The notes under the pieces were generated by a model. That model was not told where the DNA came from and searched no databases. It was given only the letters and a program-made list of their open reading frames with translations. The position numbers and the translations under genes are program-made. A stretch of 64,000 nucleotides of DNA from Camelus dromedarius (taxonomy: Eukaryota): contig NC_087436.1 in assembly GCF_036321535.1 (NCBI RefSeq), positions 62,498,001 through 62,562,000 of the forward strand. Reading direction: 5' to 3'. This document shows, piece by piece, positions 25,761-38,129 of this stretch (positions are counted from its first letter, which is position 1; every line of letters begins with the position of its first letter).

Positions 25761-27979
25761 TTTGCTCGTCTTTTAAGTTCTTTCTTTAAATGGTCACAGC
25801 CTTTGCATTGATTGCAAACTATTTTTTCAGGATCAGAAAACTTACAAGTAAACAGCACATTTTATGATGAATTTAAACAGTTTTCACATTCTTTCACAGT
25901 ACTGGACAAAGGAAATTGCTGTATCTAAGCAGGCTTTTAAATGAGAGGGCACACCTACTGCAGCTCTGCTATATTAGAAAGGGTTTTTTCCACTCCTTGA
26001 GTTACAGATACTCAAATATATGTAAGCTAGATATTGTGGTTGCCACGAAAGATTTTAAAATGTGCAATTCCTGTGGATCAAGGGACATAACCTTCTGAAA
26101 GTCAGAGGAAAAGACTTGCTCATGATTTTTTTTTTTTTTGATACATTGTAAGTTAGCTGGATCCTTGTTTGATGTGATTCTAACAGGTGCCCACCCTGTG
26201 AACTCTTCTCAGTTGTAACTAGATTATTATTTGGACTAGTGGAAAAATGGCTTGTTAGCAGGACATTGCAGATAATAAAAGTGTGGGGTTGTCACATTTT
26301 TTTTTTTTCACTTCAAATGGAAACAAAGCACCAAACACATTCTACAATTCTAGAATTTAACAGCTTCTCATACAATAGCTGTAACAGTGTTGTTCTAGTA
26401 TATACAGTATATGGCACTGTTAAACAGAATTGATTTTCTTTTTAACATAAACCTAATGAATTTTTAAGCTATACCTGTTTGCAGATTCTACCCTTCACTC
26501 TCCATAGACATTTATTAACAGATCACTATATATGAATTTTGCAGAATATCTATCCCCAACCAATATACTTCCCACAAAAAATATATGAAAACTAGAGTCT
26601 AGTACTGGGACTGTAAGTGTTTCTATTTATCTGGCACAGGTGCTCTAGAAACTCACAGCTTTGTTTTGGGTGCAATACCTTTTCTCTGCATGTATTTCAT
26701 TCTAAATTTCACCATAACGTTTTCCTAATAATGGCTGCTTCCTCAGCTAGACTGTAAGACTTTCACCTACTCCTACCTTCACTTCTATTCAAACAAAATG
26801 TTTTTCCTCATTTTTCCACAAAATACCTACTTAGGAATTATCAAAGTTTATTTTCCTATGTTTTGTATTTTAATTGCAATGCTAATCTAGATACACACAT
26901 GCACACATATACATTACATGCTGGGAAGTGTGTGTATGTGTGTGTATGTGTGATTGTTGCATCAGCGTTTTATAGTCAGTTAAAATCATGTTATCATAGT
27001 GTCTTCTTTGCATTTAGTTTACAGTTACCTTGGCTATGATAATAGTTTAACTCCAAAAATCTATCGTCAAAAGAAGAGACAGACTCAATCTTTTGTGACT
27101 CAACATTTGTATCAGCTTAAGATCAAATGATGCTATGGCTACAGCTACAGGGGCATTCCAGGAGTCTGGGAATAGGAAGTGATAGATTGGAGGTATCCCA
27201 GGACACACAGTTCTAGAGATGTACTGTATTTTAAAAAATGCTGTGGCATACCATATAATATTTATTACACAAAGATTCCGTTTATGAACATCATCTAATA
27301 AATATCATTGTTTAAGTGCTTTTTCATGTTTCATTATAAAAATTTGTGCTTATTTTGATATCTTTACATGAGCTATGGGTCGATATATAATGTTATTTTA
27401 CAGGTTTAAATAGCATTATATTAAAGATAATCTAAGTAAGTGCTCATGAAAATTCATGAAATTCAGTAAAATTATTTTCCCCCATTCAAATGGGGTTTTT
27501 CTGTTACTCAAGTTTGAACAATATTGTTCTATGGATTACTGTGTTAACTGGGAAATCCAAGATATTGTAACTTCCCCTATTTCACTGAAAAATAAGATTT
27601 CTCATTCTTATTTGAGATAAGCCCTCTGTTCAACTATACACTCCTTTTAAAATGTGTATTTGCTTCTGGGCAGCTAAATTGCACCATTCGTAGAACAACT
27701 TCAGTTTTGTGGAAGTAGCAAGAAAAAAGCATGTTTCAGTGGGGGTGTCCCAGGTTTCCTTTGCCTGAATCTAATGCTGAATATTTCACATAAGCCTCTG
27801 GCACAGGTGACAGAATGGTTAAGGCCATCAGAAGACTGTGTTTCTTTAAGTCAGGTGCATAAGTTCTTCTGGAGCTTTTTATTTCTCACATGAAGTCAGT
27901 TGTGTTGGTTTGCTGATCGTTGAATGCATTCAGTAGTAAAAGCGGTATCCCTAATAGTCTCCTTTATTGTTTGTTCCAG

Positions 27980-28067
27980 GTTCCATCTTACTACAGGGAA
28001 GATATCATCATCCTGTACATTCTGAATCCAATGCTACTTGAAGCATAGGCGTTTCCTATTACTGTAG
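27980..28067 (+). other. Candidate 88-nt non-coding exon
   Basis: Acceptor CTCCTTTATTGTTTGTTCCAG|G and donor TAG|GTATGT in non-repeat sequence, with stops in all three frames. No transcript evidence. Confidence 0.3.
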
Positions 28068-29149
28068 GTATGTTCTCTTGGTATTGCTTGTTCAAATGTT
28101 TCTGTGCCTTGCCTGATGCCACTTAGTTTGTGATTTCTACTTAGTTATTTTGTTAAGGGGACACATCTACGTAATGTTGAAAGTCACTAACCATGTAGTG
28201 CGAACTTCTTCTAGTATTTACTTTGGAACATGTGAAATAATCAGCTTCTGAGCTAGCCATCAATGTTCTACAGTTATTCATAACTTGATCAGACATTGAA
28301 TGTGTAAAGGATTGGTAAATTGTATAATGTTCTATAATAAAAAATACATCATTTATTTCTGACATTTTAAGTGCACCAGGTAGAACAAAATAGAGGTTAT
28401 AAAAGTTGAGATTCTCTTATATAGGTGATATTTTAAGAAAAATAATATGCAAAATTCCTATTTTTTGTTATAACCTGTTCAAACATCACCCATTCAATCT
28501 ATGAATTAAAAAAGGCTATCTCTATCTATCTCTAAAAATGTGTTTTGCACATGTTTTTTGTCTTATTATCACTTCTTCTATGGAAAGTCTGCCTGGAACA
28601 TGCTTACCTTGAGTAGACTCATACTCTATCTAGTACTCTTTCAAACTATTTAACTTTTAAATATTGTAGAGGGTTTGTGGGTTTGTGTGTGTGTGTGTGT
28701 GTGACATACTGACATTAGAAATAGGAAATGACCTCAGAAAACCATTGGTGGCATCATCCAGAAACATGTCATTTCTTTAAATATTTTAGGGGTGGCCTCA
28801 AAATTTCATGGTCCATTCAACACAGATGTTTTGCATTTAATTACAGTTTAATTTGGATACAACTGAGGGGGAGAGTCCACCCCTTGTTACCAAAAATCTT
28901 CTAGTGAGCTCCACAGAATACAGTAGCGAATCACTAGTTTGGGGAAAAAAATAAAATTAGAAATTTTCATTCATTCATTCATTCATTCATTTTTTACCTT
29001 TCTTACCCAAGAACCTAAGGTAGCTAAAGTATTTAGCATTTTTTAAGAGTAAACATGAATTTCTTTTTAATAGTGTTTTTTCTCCTTAAATTTTCCTGTT
29101 CATTTCTTTTTCTCGCTGTCTTTCAACCATTTTGACTTCAGAAATTAAG

Positions 29150-29365
29150 ACAATGGGTTTGGGAGTTAGATTTTTTTTTGACTCTTGCTTATATTCTACC
29201 AAGTAGCTTGTGACCTTGGGCCAATTATTTTACCTCTCCGTATCTCTGATTCCTCATTTTTTAAATTGTGACACAGTAACTCTTCACTTAAACAATTATT
29301 GTGTGCATTAAATGTAACAATTCACATGAAACCCTTGTCATAAGCATTTGGTAAATACTTAATGA
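29150..29365 (+). mobile_element. MIR SINE
   Basis: TTTGGGAGTTAGA...TAGCTTGTGACCTTGGGCCAATTATTTTACCTCTCCGTATCTCTGATTCCTCAT. Confidence 0.8.
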
Positions 29366-29439
29366 AAACTCTTAGATAATTTGTCCTCTTTCCCTTGTTA
29401 TTGTAATGGCTTTAGGAATGTACCTCATAGACCTCCAAC

Positions 29440-29840
29440 TATAGGGAAGATTATGGACCAAGGGCCCCAGCTACTGTGCTCTGCAATTTACAGCTTTGTT
29501 AGCACTGAAAGCATGTGTCCCATCAGGTGGCTCCCAGCTAAGGACTGAGTGTGGGTAGGCCACTAAGATAAGGCGTTCCTGGGAGATGTAGGACTTTTGA
29601 AAGCTGACCTTGGTTTGAAGGCTTCTGAAGACCTTACCAGACCTTCCTTAGGCTGCTTGGCAGTCTGGCCTACTTCTACCAGCATTTCTTCTCTCTCGTC
29701 TTCCCTTAGAATCAGACTTGCATGTGGTCTGCTTTCTCTCTCAGGTTCCCCATATTCTTTCACACGGTTACCCTGTTAAAATCTTTGCAGCACTTTTCTT
29801 AGCTTGGTGTCTGATTCTCAGAGAACCCAGATTTTACACA
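29440..29840 (+). mobile_element. ERVL LTR, LTR16-like
   Basis: GGCTCCCAGCTAAGGACTGAG...GGCGTTCCTGGGAGA...TCAGACTTGCAT...CTTGGTGTCTGATTCTCAGAGAACCCAGATTTTACACA. Confidence 0.75.
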
Positions 29841-31499
29841 AGCAATTATCTTTAGAAGACGTAGCTTTTTGCCATCAACTCTCCTTTGACTGCCAACATA
29901 CATGCTCCCTACACTAATGCCTCCTACAGTATCTTGCCAACAAGCCCTGGAATCAATAAATAGGATAGACCAAGGACAAATTTGTGCAGTTTAAGGTATG
30001 CTTTTCAAGAGCTAAATCAGAATGCCTAACACTGCCCTTAGGGATACATCCTGAAAATATCAAACTCATGATAAATGGATAACTTAGCCTAGTTTAATCA
30101 CTATTAGAGAATGAATACAATTCCTTTTGATCATTTTTTGTAGAGAAATGGAATGAAACACATGCCAAATCCACTGGGTGTCAATCTATTAAGAAGTTAT
30201 AAGTACATTTCACCAAAACGTAATTCAGATTATAGCAATTATCACAAATTTCCTTGTACTGTCTTTACACATGTCTGTGTGTAAGAACATCCGCCTCAGT
30301 TTTTACAACAAGACTTAGCATGTTTGTGTCTCTAGGTGGGAAGGGACGTATCATTAAGTAATCTAGTACCTCCCAGGGTGAATCATCTCCCTTTGGAGTT
30401 CTCACACTTTGATACCTGGTATTCCAACATTAAAGTACCACAGGAGTATGTCATTTTTACTCTATGGTTTTAGTATAAATTTGTACCCAAATCTACTCTT
30501 AGTTCAGCCCAAGCAGCCTATAAATGTAAAAAAATAGATAAACAAACAAAAATACATACTTTAATAAACATTAAGACAGCAGGAAAGGAACCAAAGAGAA
30601 TATATGAATATAAATACAGACTGACTTAAAAGACAAGTATACTGTACTGCCACAGAGAGCTTTTCTCTGGGCTGAAAGGCTCTGCCTCATTTCTCATTGG
30701 GACACAGTAAGATTGTTGGTGCCTCAAAGAACTGACCTTGTGGGTATCTTTCAAGGTTTCATTTTGCTTAGATTCTGTCTCATCTCTTTGCTCTCTTCTT
30801 CCTTGATGCTTTTGTGATAAAGATCCAAAGAGTGAGGTTACCTGAATGCAGCCCAACTAGACACCCCCTCTAAAGCCCTGCTTCTTTTCCAGGTAACTGT
30901 TACACAATGAATGTTCTCATCACTTCAGGTGAGACCCTGTTGCTATACCAAGTGGTGTAACTTGATCTCCATTTTAAGTCAAAAATTAAAGCTCTGATAT
31001 AATACATCAAAGCATTTATCTAATGGGTATCAAGAACTAAATAAACACTAGATTGTGGATCTCTAAAGGAAGCAGAACATTACACCCCTCATGGCGCCTT
31101 CAATTTATGTGCAGCTCAATATGATTTTGACAATGAAATATTTAATCTGTTTTTAACTTTCCAAACATCAGATGCCCAAAAGGTTCAAGGGTGCCCTGTG
31201 TCTCCTCTGAACTGCTGGCCTGGGTGTAATTGGCAGATTTACTAGTACCAGCCTCAGCTCAGTGTCTAACCATGCAGTGCAGAGACCTTTTCATGTCTTC
31301 ATCTCTGCATGCCCCAATATGAAAAGACCATGGAGTAAGAGGAGCCAGTAAATCAGATTAGAAATATAAAAGACTACCGGTAGTCTCAGCTCTCAGTTTG
31401 AAACCAGCTTCTCAATGGTGACTCTAACTCAAGTGTAAATGTCAGAACTAAGACAAATACTGCAAGAAACAAACCATCTAAGAAAAACAGAAAAAAGGC

Positions 31500-32545
31500 A
31501 ATTCACAAATGAATAAACTTGCAGTGTGTTCCGTTTGAATAAAAATAAATTGAGATGCCAGTTTCCTCCTAACCAAATGATACTTTTTAAGACAGAAAAT
31601 ACCTATTGTAGTCCAAAGATTAGAAAAGGAGGTATCCTCATCCATATCCAGTGGGATTATAAACAGGTGTATATTTTTCAGGAGGCAGTTTGCTAATATA
31701 AAAACCCTATTCCAGAGCCCTTTCTTCTGCCTTCCCATCTCCCTTAGATGAGGCCAGTGGAGGTGGCAGCCAGCTGCCACCTGGCCTCATTCTTGTCCTC
31801 AGACACCTCATAAAGTCTCAAATCATAGACAGAACTAAAAAGTCTGTTCACCATAAGTCACATTGATATGGGAAAACAAAGAAAACCTACAGAAAAAATT
31901 ACAGGTAATGTCTAGAGGGGATTTTTTGAGACAGATTTTTTTTTTTTTTAATAGGAGAGACAGACAGCCCAGATAGCTTGATACAAGCCAAATCTTACTG
32001 TAGGAAATTACTGATCTATTTCTCCTAAAAACCAAAAAATGTCATGAAAAGTGCAGCCATAACCCCCTTTATGCCTTAAAATTGTTAAAAAAAAGAAAAA
32101 CTAGAAAAACTCAAAAGCCATAAAATTAAGCATATACTCTTTGACTGATAATCTTGCAGCTAGGAGTTAACTGTAAGAAAGTAATCATGTCTGTGCTCAG
32201 TGTATAAGCCGAAGTCATCCCATGTGGGTTTTTAATACTATGAAACTGAAAATAACCAATATCTCCAAATACAGAAACTTGGTTAAATTCATTTATTCAC
32301 ACCACAGTTAAGTGCCTCTTATATTCCAGGGATTCTTAATGTTCACATCAGGGAACGAGACAGGCAAAAATGCCTTCATTTGTGTTAAATTTTATTGGGG
32401 GCAGTCTATAAGGAATACTAGATATGTAGACATTAAAATTGTATTTTAAAATAAAATTTTAATGAAATGGAATTCAAAAATAAAAAAGTAATATATATAT
32501 GTGTATAAAATAAATACAAGAAATATACCATTACAATTATGATAG
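31500..32545 (+). mobile_element. Old L1 (L1ME-like) 3' fragments, interrupted
   Basis: GTGGGATTATAAACAGGTGTATATTTTTCAGGAGGCAGTTTG and GCATATACTCTTTGAC...CTAGGAGTTAA resemble the L1ME ORF2 end/3' UTR. Confidence 0.5.
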
Positions 32546-32565
32546 ATTTCACTGGTGATATTTTT

Positions 32566-32921
32566 ATTTATTTTTTATATATATTTTTATTGAAGTATAG
32601 TCAATTTACAATGTTGTGTCAACTTCTGGTGTACAGCACAATACTTCAGTCATATAGGAACACCCACATATTCGTTTTCATACTTTTTTTCATCATAAGT
32701 TACTACAAGATATTGAATATAGTTCCCTGTGCCATACAGTATAAACTTGTTGTTTAACAGATTTTGTGAGAATCCTTCTGTATTTCGAAACGAGAGACAT
32801 TCTGCCAGAGTTCAGTAGGTGTTCTGCACAATTCAGTGAGTTTGTAGATGTAATTCTTGGTGTATTTGTGGGAGAGGGCGAGCTGTGAGTCTCTCTACTG
32901 CACCACCTTGGCTCAACCCCC
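32566..32921 (-). mobile_element. Short L1-derived element: L1 5' UTR start (32758-32921) fused to L1 3' end (32566-32757)
   Basis: Minus strand begins GGGGGTTGAGCCAAGGTGGTGCAGTAG...CTCGCCCTCTCCCACAAATACACCAA (L1 5' start with decayed YY1 CAAGATGGCG) and ends in L1 3' UTR plus poly(A). 17-bp TSD TCACTGGTGATATTTTT/TCACAGGTGGTATTTTT. Confidence 0.88.
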
Positions 32922-33339
32922 TCACAGGTGGTATTTTTAAATTAACCTTATTTTCCATATTGCTCAGAGCAAGTTCTATTACTTTAAATGAGACTTCACT
33001 TTCTCCCTAAATACTGTGTTTCTTAAAATTATCTATTCTTAATATTTTCAACAGTTGTATAATAGAAAAGATACACTGTTTGAATAAAATAAACACATGC
33101 AAACACACATACACAGACACACAATTATACCATTACATTAACCACAAATTCAAATGTGATGTTTATTTTCTTTGCTTTAGATTTACAGAAAAAGCATGGA
33201 GCACTCCAAAAAAGGAACAGTGAAATATCATAAAGGAATAAACGTAATACTCCTATGTTTAAAGTTTGTTTAATGTTCAAGTGCAAGAAGTTGGTATAGC
33301 TGAAATATGAATCAGCATGGCTTATTGATTGCTTGCAAA

Positions 33340-33570
33340 AAATTTGTCAGTCACATACCTTCAGATCCAGATTCTCCCATTTGCTGATTGTGAGACATTG
33401 CAGTCTTAACCTCTCTATGTTCAGCTGTGTCAGCCATAGACAAAGGATTGTAAGATAGGTCATCAAAGTATTTTTAGATATTAAATCATAAATTATTCAA
33501 ATGTTTAACAATATATTTGGCACATATTAAGTGTTCGATAAGTGATAGCTATTATTATTATTATTAGAGA
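33340..33570 (+). mobile_element. MIR SINE
   Basis: CTTAACCTCTCTATGTTCAG...TTGGCACATATTAAGTGTTCGATAAGTGATAGCTATTATTATT. Confidence 0.7.
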
Positions 33571-34954
33571 TACATAACAATTCAAAAAGAATAAATAGGA
33601 TTATAGTTAGAATAAGAATAAAAAGTGATCTATAGCTTTACATAGTAAGTTGAGCAGAAATTACAGTAATGTATATGAATTGGAACTTCAGTAACTTAAT
33701 ACACCAGTCAGTTACTTCTCACATCAGGCTCTGATGTAGAGTGCAGAAGAATGATATTTATGGGGAAGTACTGCTATATAGTCACTTCTCATCTATTTAC
33801 CTTCACAATTAAATTGGGCAGGGAAAAATTGATAGGCTTTTTCCTGGTTTTTAAAGGTTTTTATGTTCTAATGGCACAAGAAAAATAAAAACTTAGTTCA
33901 GTGAACACACATGCAATTTGTAATTCTCAAATTAAGCACTGGTACTAAATCAGTACAAAAATTTTACTCTCGTGACACTCGTGATTTTTCACATTACTTC
34001 CTATTATTAGAATTTACACATTTTATTTAAATAATTTTAGTCTAGTGGATTTTATACTTAATGTTCATGAAAGTCAGATAAATTTTTTGTGAGGGCCAAT
34101 GAATTATTTGAGTATATGCTTAAAGACTAAACCTCCAGCTGCTTATGTATCTCTGCCTTGAAGGCTGCTTTTCTCTTGCTGTTAGGATAAAAATAAATAG
34201 GAAGGGACGTATTTATTGTATGCCAATCATTTTGCATTTTCCCAAGAGCCAAAGCAGTAGTGATAAAATTCTTAGAACAATCTTATCTTGATCACAGCAG
34301 CCTCCCTGCCCAAAAATCTCTTATCTAGAAGGATCAATTGGATCTTCAGTCATGAGGTTAATCCAAGAAGTGTGTTTAATTTGCATCCCCAAATTGCTCT
34401 TAGTGCTACAGTGCCTTCTGTCACCTCATAACCTCTCTTTTGTCAGCCTTTCACAGTGAATGATTATCAGTAAGTGGGAATAGAGAGCTTACAGTTTTCC
34501 AGACAAGGCTATCCCTTGTTCACCTGACTGCTGAACTCTGAAGGCCAGTTGGTGTTCCAAGCCTAGTCCAAGGTGTGAGAGAAAAGGGGAACAGAATCAC
34601 AGTGGAATGTATTCCACCTAACAACATTCCGGTCTCCATTACATAGAGCTGAAACAGTTCAAATGCTCGGACTCATGCATTCAAAATGAATTTTTGAACT
34701 TGGGAATAGAGGAAGGCAAGAGCCATTCAATGTCATATATTTCCTTCTCAAAAATCTATTTGTTTGTTTGTTTGTTGTGAGGATTGGAGAATGTTGAAAA
34801 TTTGACTGATGAGTATGTTTTCATTGGAATATTTGAAGTAAAAAAAGATGACATTTTAAGGGTTTTGCTGATTGATGACAGGACAAGGAAACTGATAAAA
34901 GCTTAGTGATTTAGCTCATGTTTTTGCTGCTAATGTGTTACAGAAGATAATTAA

Positions 34955-35100
34955 GCAATGGGCCCTACATCTAACTGATTATCAGAATTACCTGGGGAGC
35001 TTTTTTCAATATTCACCAGACGCACCCTGGCCTTCTGTATCAGATGTCTCTTTAAACAATGGTCCATGAGGGATTCTAATTAACACTCAGGAAACCACTG
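34955..35100. mobile_element. hAT-Charlie MITE, MER5A/B-like
   Basis: ATCAGAATTACCTGGGGAGCTT...GGGATTCTAAT...GAAACCACTG followed by CTCTAG. Confidence 0.7.
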
Positions 35101-35615
35101 CTCTAGAAAAAGATTTCATTGTCCCGCCCACTGATTTCTAAGAATATGTAGTATAATGTTTAACCTATGACTTCTGATTTTTTTGACAATTCTACTTTTG
35201 ACTAATCAATTTTATCCTTCATTAACTTAGTTTTTAAAAATTACCCAGTAGCCTTTGTGTTTATAATAGGCCTCCCTAATATGTATCTAACTTATTCAAT
35301 TATTTACTTTATTTAAGCAGGTTTGTTTTTACCAAAACAGTGTCTAAAACTGACCCTAAAATGGGGTGGGAAGATGGTCAGCTCTCTACTTAGAAGTTGC
35401 TCATTATTTTTTGGAATTAAAAAATATGCGAACAATTACTATAGAAGTACTGAGATATACTTACTTAACAACTCAATTGTTTCACCAAATCATTAATGTG
35501 GAATTTGCACATAATTCAATACTTACTTTAGCAAGCTGAATTTCCTCAATCTAATTTTAAAAAAGCATCTTAAGAAAGTGCTATGAATTAACATTTGGGA
35601 ATTGTAAGTATTTTT

Positions 35616-35836
35616 GTTTGTTTCTGTGGTTGAAGTACAGTCTATTTAGAACGTTGTGTTAGTCTCTGGTGCAGCCACTATGGAAAACAATATGGAGAGT
35701 CTTTAAAATCCTAAAAATAGACTTACCATGTGATTCAGCAATCCCCTTCCTGGGCGTATCTCTGGAGGAAACTCTAATTCGACAAGATATGTGTATCTCA
35801 GTGTTCATAGCAGCACTATTTATAATAGCCAAGACA
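35616..35836 (-). mobile_element. Very short 5'-inverted L1 insertion (~220 bp)
   Basis: 35616-35671 is the extreme L1 3' end on minus. 35667-35838 is the ORF2 C-terminus on plus (QPLWKTIWR...DSAIPFLG). TSD TGTAAGTATTTTT (35603-35615)/TGTAAGTGTTCTT (35837-35849). Confidence 0.88.
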
Positions 35837-38129
35837 TGTAAGTGTTCTTAATAACATTTCTTGTGACCTTGGCTACCCTTTGACATCCCTGAGAGGGCTG
35901 CTTTTCTGTCTATGAAAAGTAATCCATAATTCTTTACCACATAGTCATTTTATAATAACAAAAGATTGAATTTAAATGAATTTATATTCTGGAAATGGCT
36001 CTTCCCTGGGAAAGTTGGTGACAAACGTAGTAACTAAGTGTCTAAGTATGGCAGATTTAAAATTAGTTTCCACTTGACAGTTGTTCTGTTGCGTGCTGGA
36101 AGTTTTCAACATGTTTTTTGAAATCTTCACAATTTTCTTCATTGTACAGAAGAGAAAACCAAAGGCAAGGAAGTCTCAGGAGTTTACTGAGGTCCATATA
36201 GAACTGAACTGAAGGCATTCTGATTTCGTAGCCCAAAATCTCTTTACGACATCATAGCTGTTCTCTGGTGGGGGGAATATTTAATAAGGAAAAAAAAAAC
36301 CTTTTATTTGTATAATTACTTACAGCTTACATAAATACCATTATAATATTTTCTTATTTAAAATAATTTCGATAAACGTGTTGACTGAATATGAGGAGTT
36401 TTTCTGCTCTTCTATAATTTCTAAGGGTCAGTAGGACTCAAAGTACATATATTAGGTCCTAACCACGGGCCCAGATCCTGAAAACACAGTGAGCAAACCA
36501 ACTACAGGCAAGTGAACGCTCCTGAAGGGCAGCGATCTTGCAGAAAAGGCTGTGAGAAACTGGGTTCACCACTGAACACATGTTGCTTTGCTATTAAGAA
36601 AGGAGGTGAGAGGAAGCTCTTGTGGATATGTTTTCTTTTTATAGATTGGAAATATTTTGGAGGAAGAAAAACACTCAATATAAGATAGTGTTATGAAGAT
36701 TTAATATCACATTGTTAATTTTTAGGAACCAAACACTAAGAAAACCACAACAACAGGAACAACAAAAACAGCTATTTTAAATTGTACTTACTCTACCTGG
36801 AAATATGCCTTCAACAATTAAAAATCATAGAGCAAAAACACTGTGTTTCATACTTCTCCGTAAAAGTTCTCTTAGGCATTCCCTTTGGCAGTCTGCATGC
36901 ACTCCGACGTGTGATACAGGCACGGCTTCTGTGTCGCAAACCGCAGAGAAAGCTGGTAGTCCCGAATTTGGTGATCAACACATGTGATTTAACTCATCCT
37001 AAACTCTGTTTGATTAGATTCATTAATCCCATATGCTCTCTGATGGGTTCATCTCTGGCCCATCTGGTTAAAATTCACCAGAACCTCCCTTTAAAACACT
37101 TTCTAAAGTATTTTAAATTTTTACTTTATTGCAGGCTTTTCCATTTTTAATCATTACATATGTTTTCAACATTTCATTTTTCTGCTCTATTATATTCCAT
37201 TCATATTTCATTATGATTCCCATCTGTCTGTCACATCTTCAAGTCATGTCTACTATTTTCTATGACAATTTCCTTCTGCCTTTTATTGAAGTGTCGATAA
37301 ATAGCTTTGGTATATAAAAATGTTGCCATATATTACAACAAACTCTGATTGCACGTCCCTATTTTTCTAGATGTCAGCCTTCTGTCAATGTTCCAAATTA
37401 TGTCTTAGTTTACATCTGTTCAAACAACGATTTTAAATGTAATAATGTCTCTGTTCCTACAAAATACCGTTTCAACAGTCAGCATATTTTGAAAGTTTTC
37501 CCCTCAAATTACAAAGTTTGGATAAATTTCTGACATAGCTATAGAGTGGAAAATGCATGTTAGAAAATAATCTGATTTTAAAAAAGGTTCTCAAGGGAAT
37601 ATATTTATTTATGAAAAGTATTGTATTTATTCAAATAATGCTATCATTTATAGCACTTGAGAAAATCACTATATTAGTAGTGAGTTCAAATATTGGCTAT
37701 CCATTAATTATATAGGAGAACATTTTTATTCCTTGTCTGTAGCAATTTAAAGTGCTTAGATGAATTCAACATTTTCTAATACCTTAATTGATTATAAGTT
37801 TTTATGGCATTCAGTACAAAAGTAGCAAGCTAAAATATTAAACTCTGTGTCATTCCCTTCTTTCATTCTCTCTCTTATTACTATCCCTTTTGATGTTGAA
37901 TTATATCTATCTGTTAGTTATTCATAAAACATAATATCTAAATAAACTATGTAAACTAAAATGGATCTCTCTGGGTATACCACGTCACTCTTTGAGAATT
38001 TATGATACTGACATTGATAACCTTCAGAGGATGAGAAAAATCTATAATCCTTCCAAATAAAGGGTTTTTTCACCCTGAGTTTCTGATAAAACTAATACTC
38101 ATACAAGGCACCTGGGAATAATAGAGAGC

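Noticed and set aside
23614..25858. Cluster of ORFs as a protein-coding gene
   Set aside because: They are sense or antisense fragments of decayed L1 ORF2 with stops and frameshifts.
36782..37150. 122-aa plus-strand ORF
   Set aside because: TTG start and no recognisable homology.
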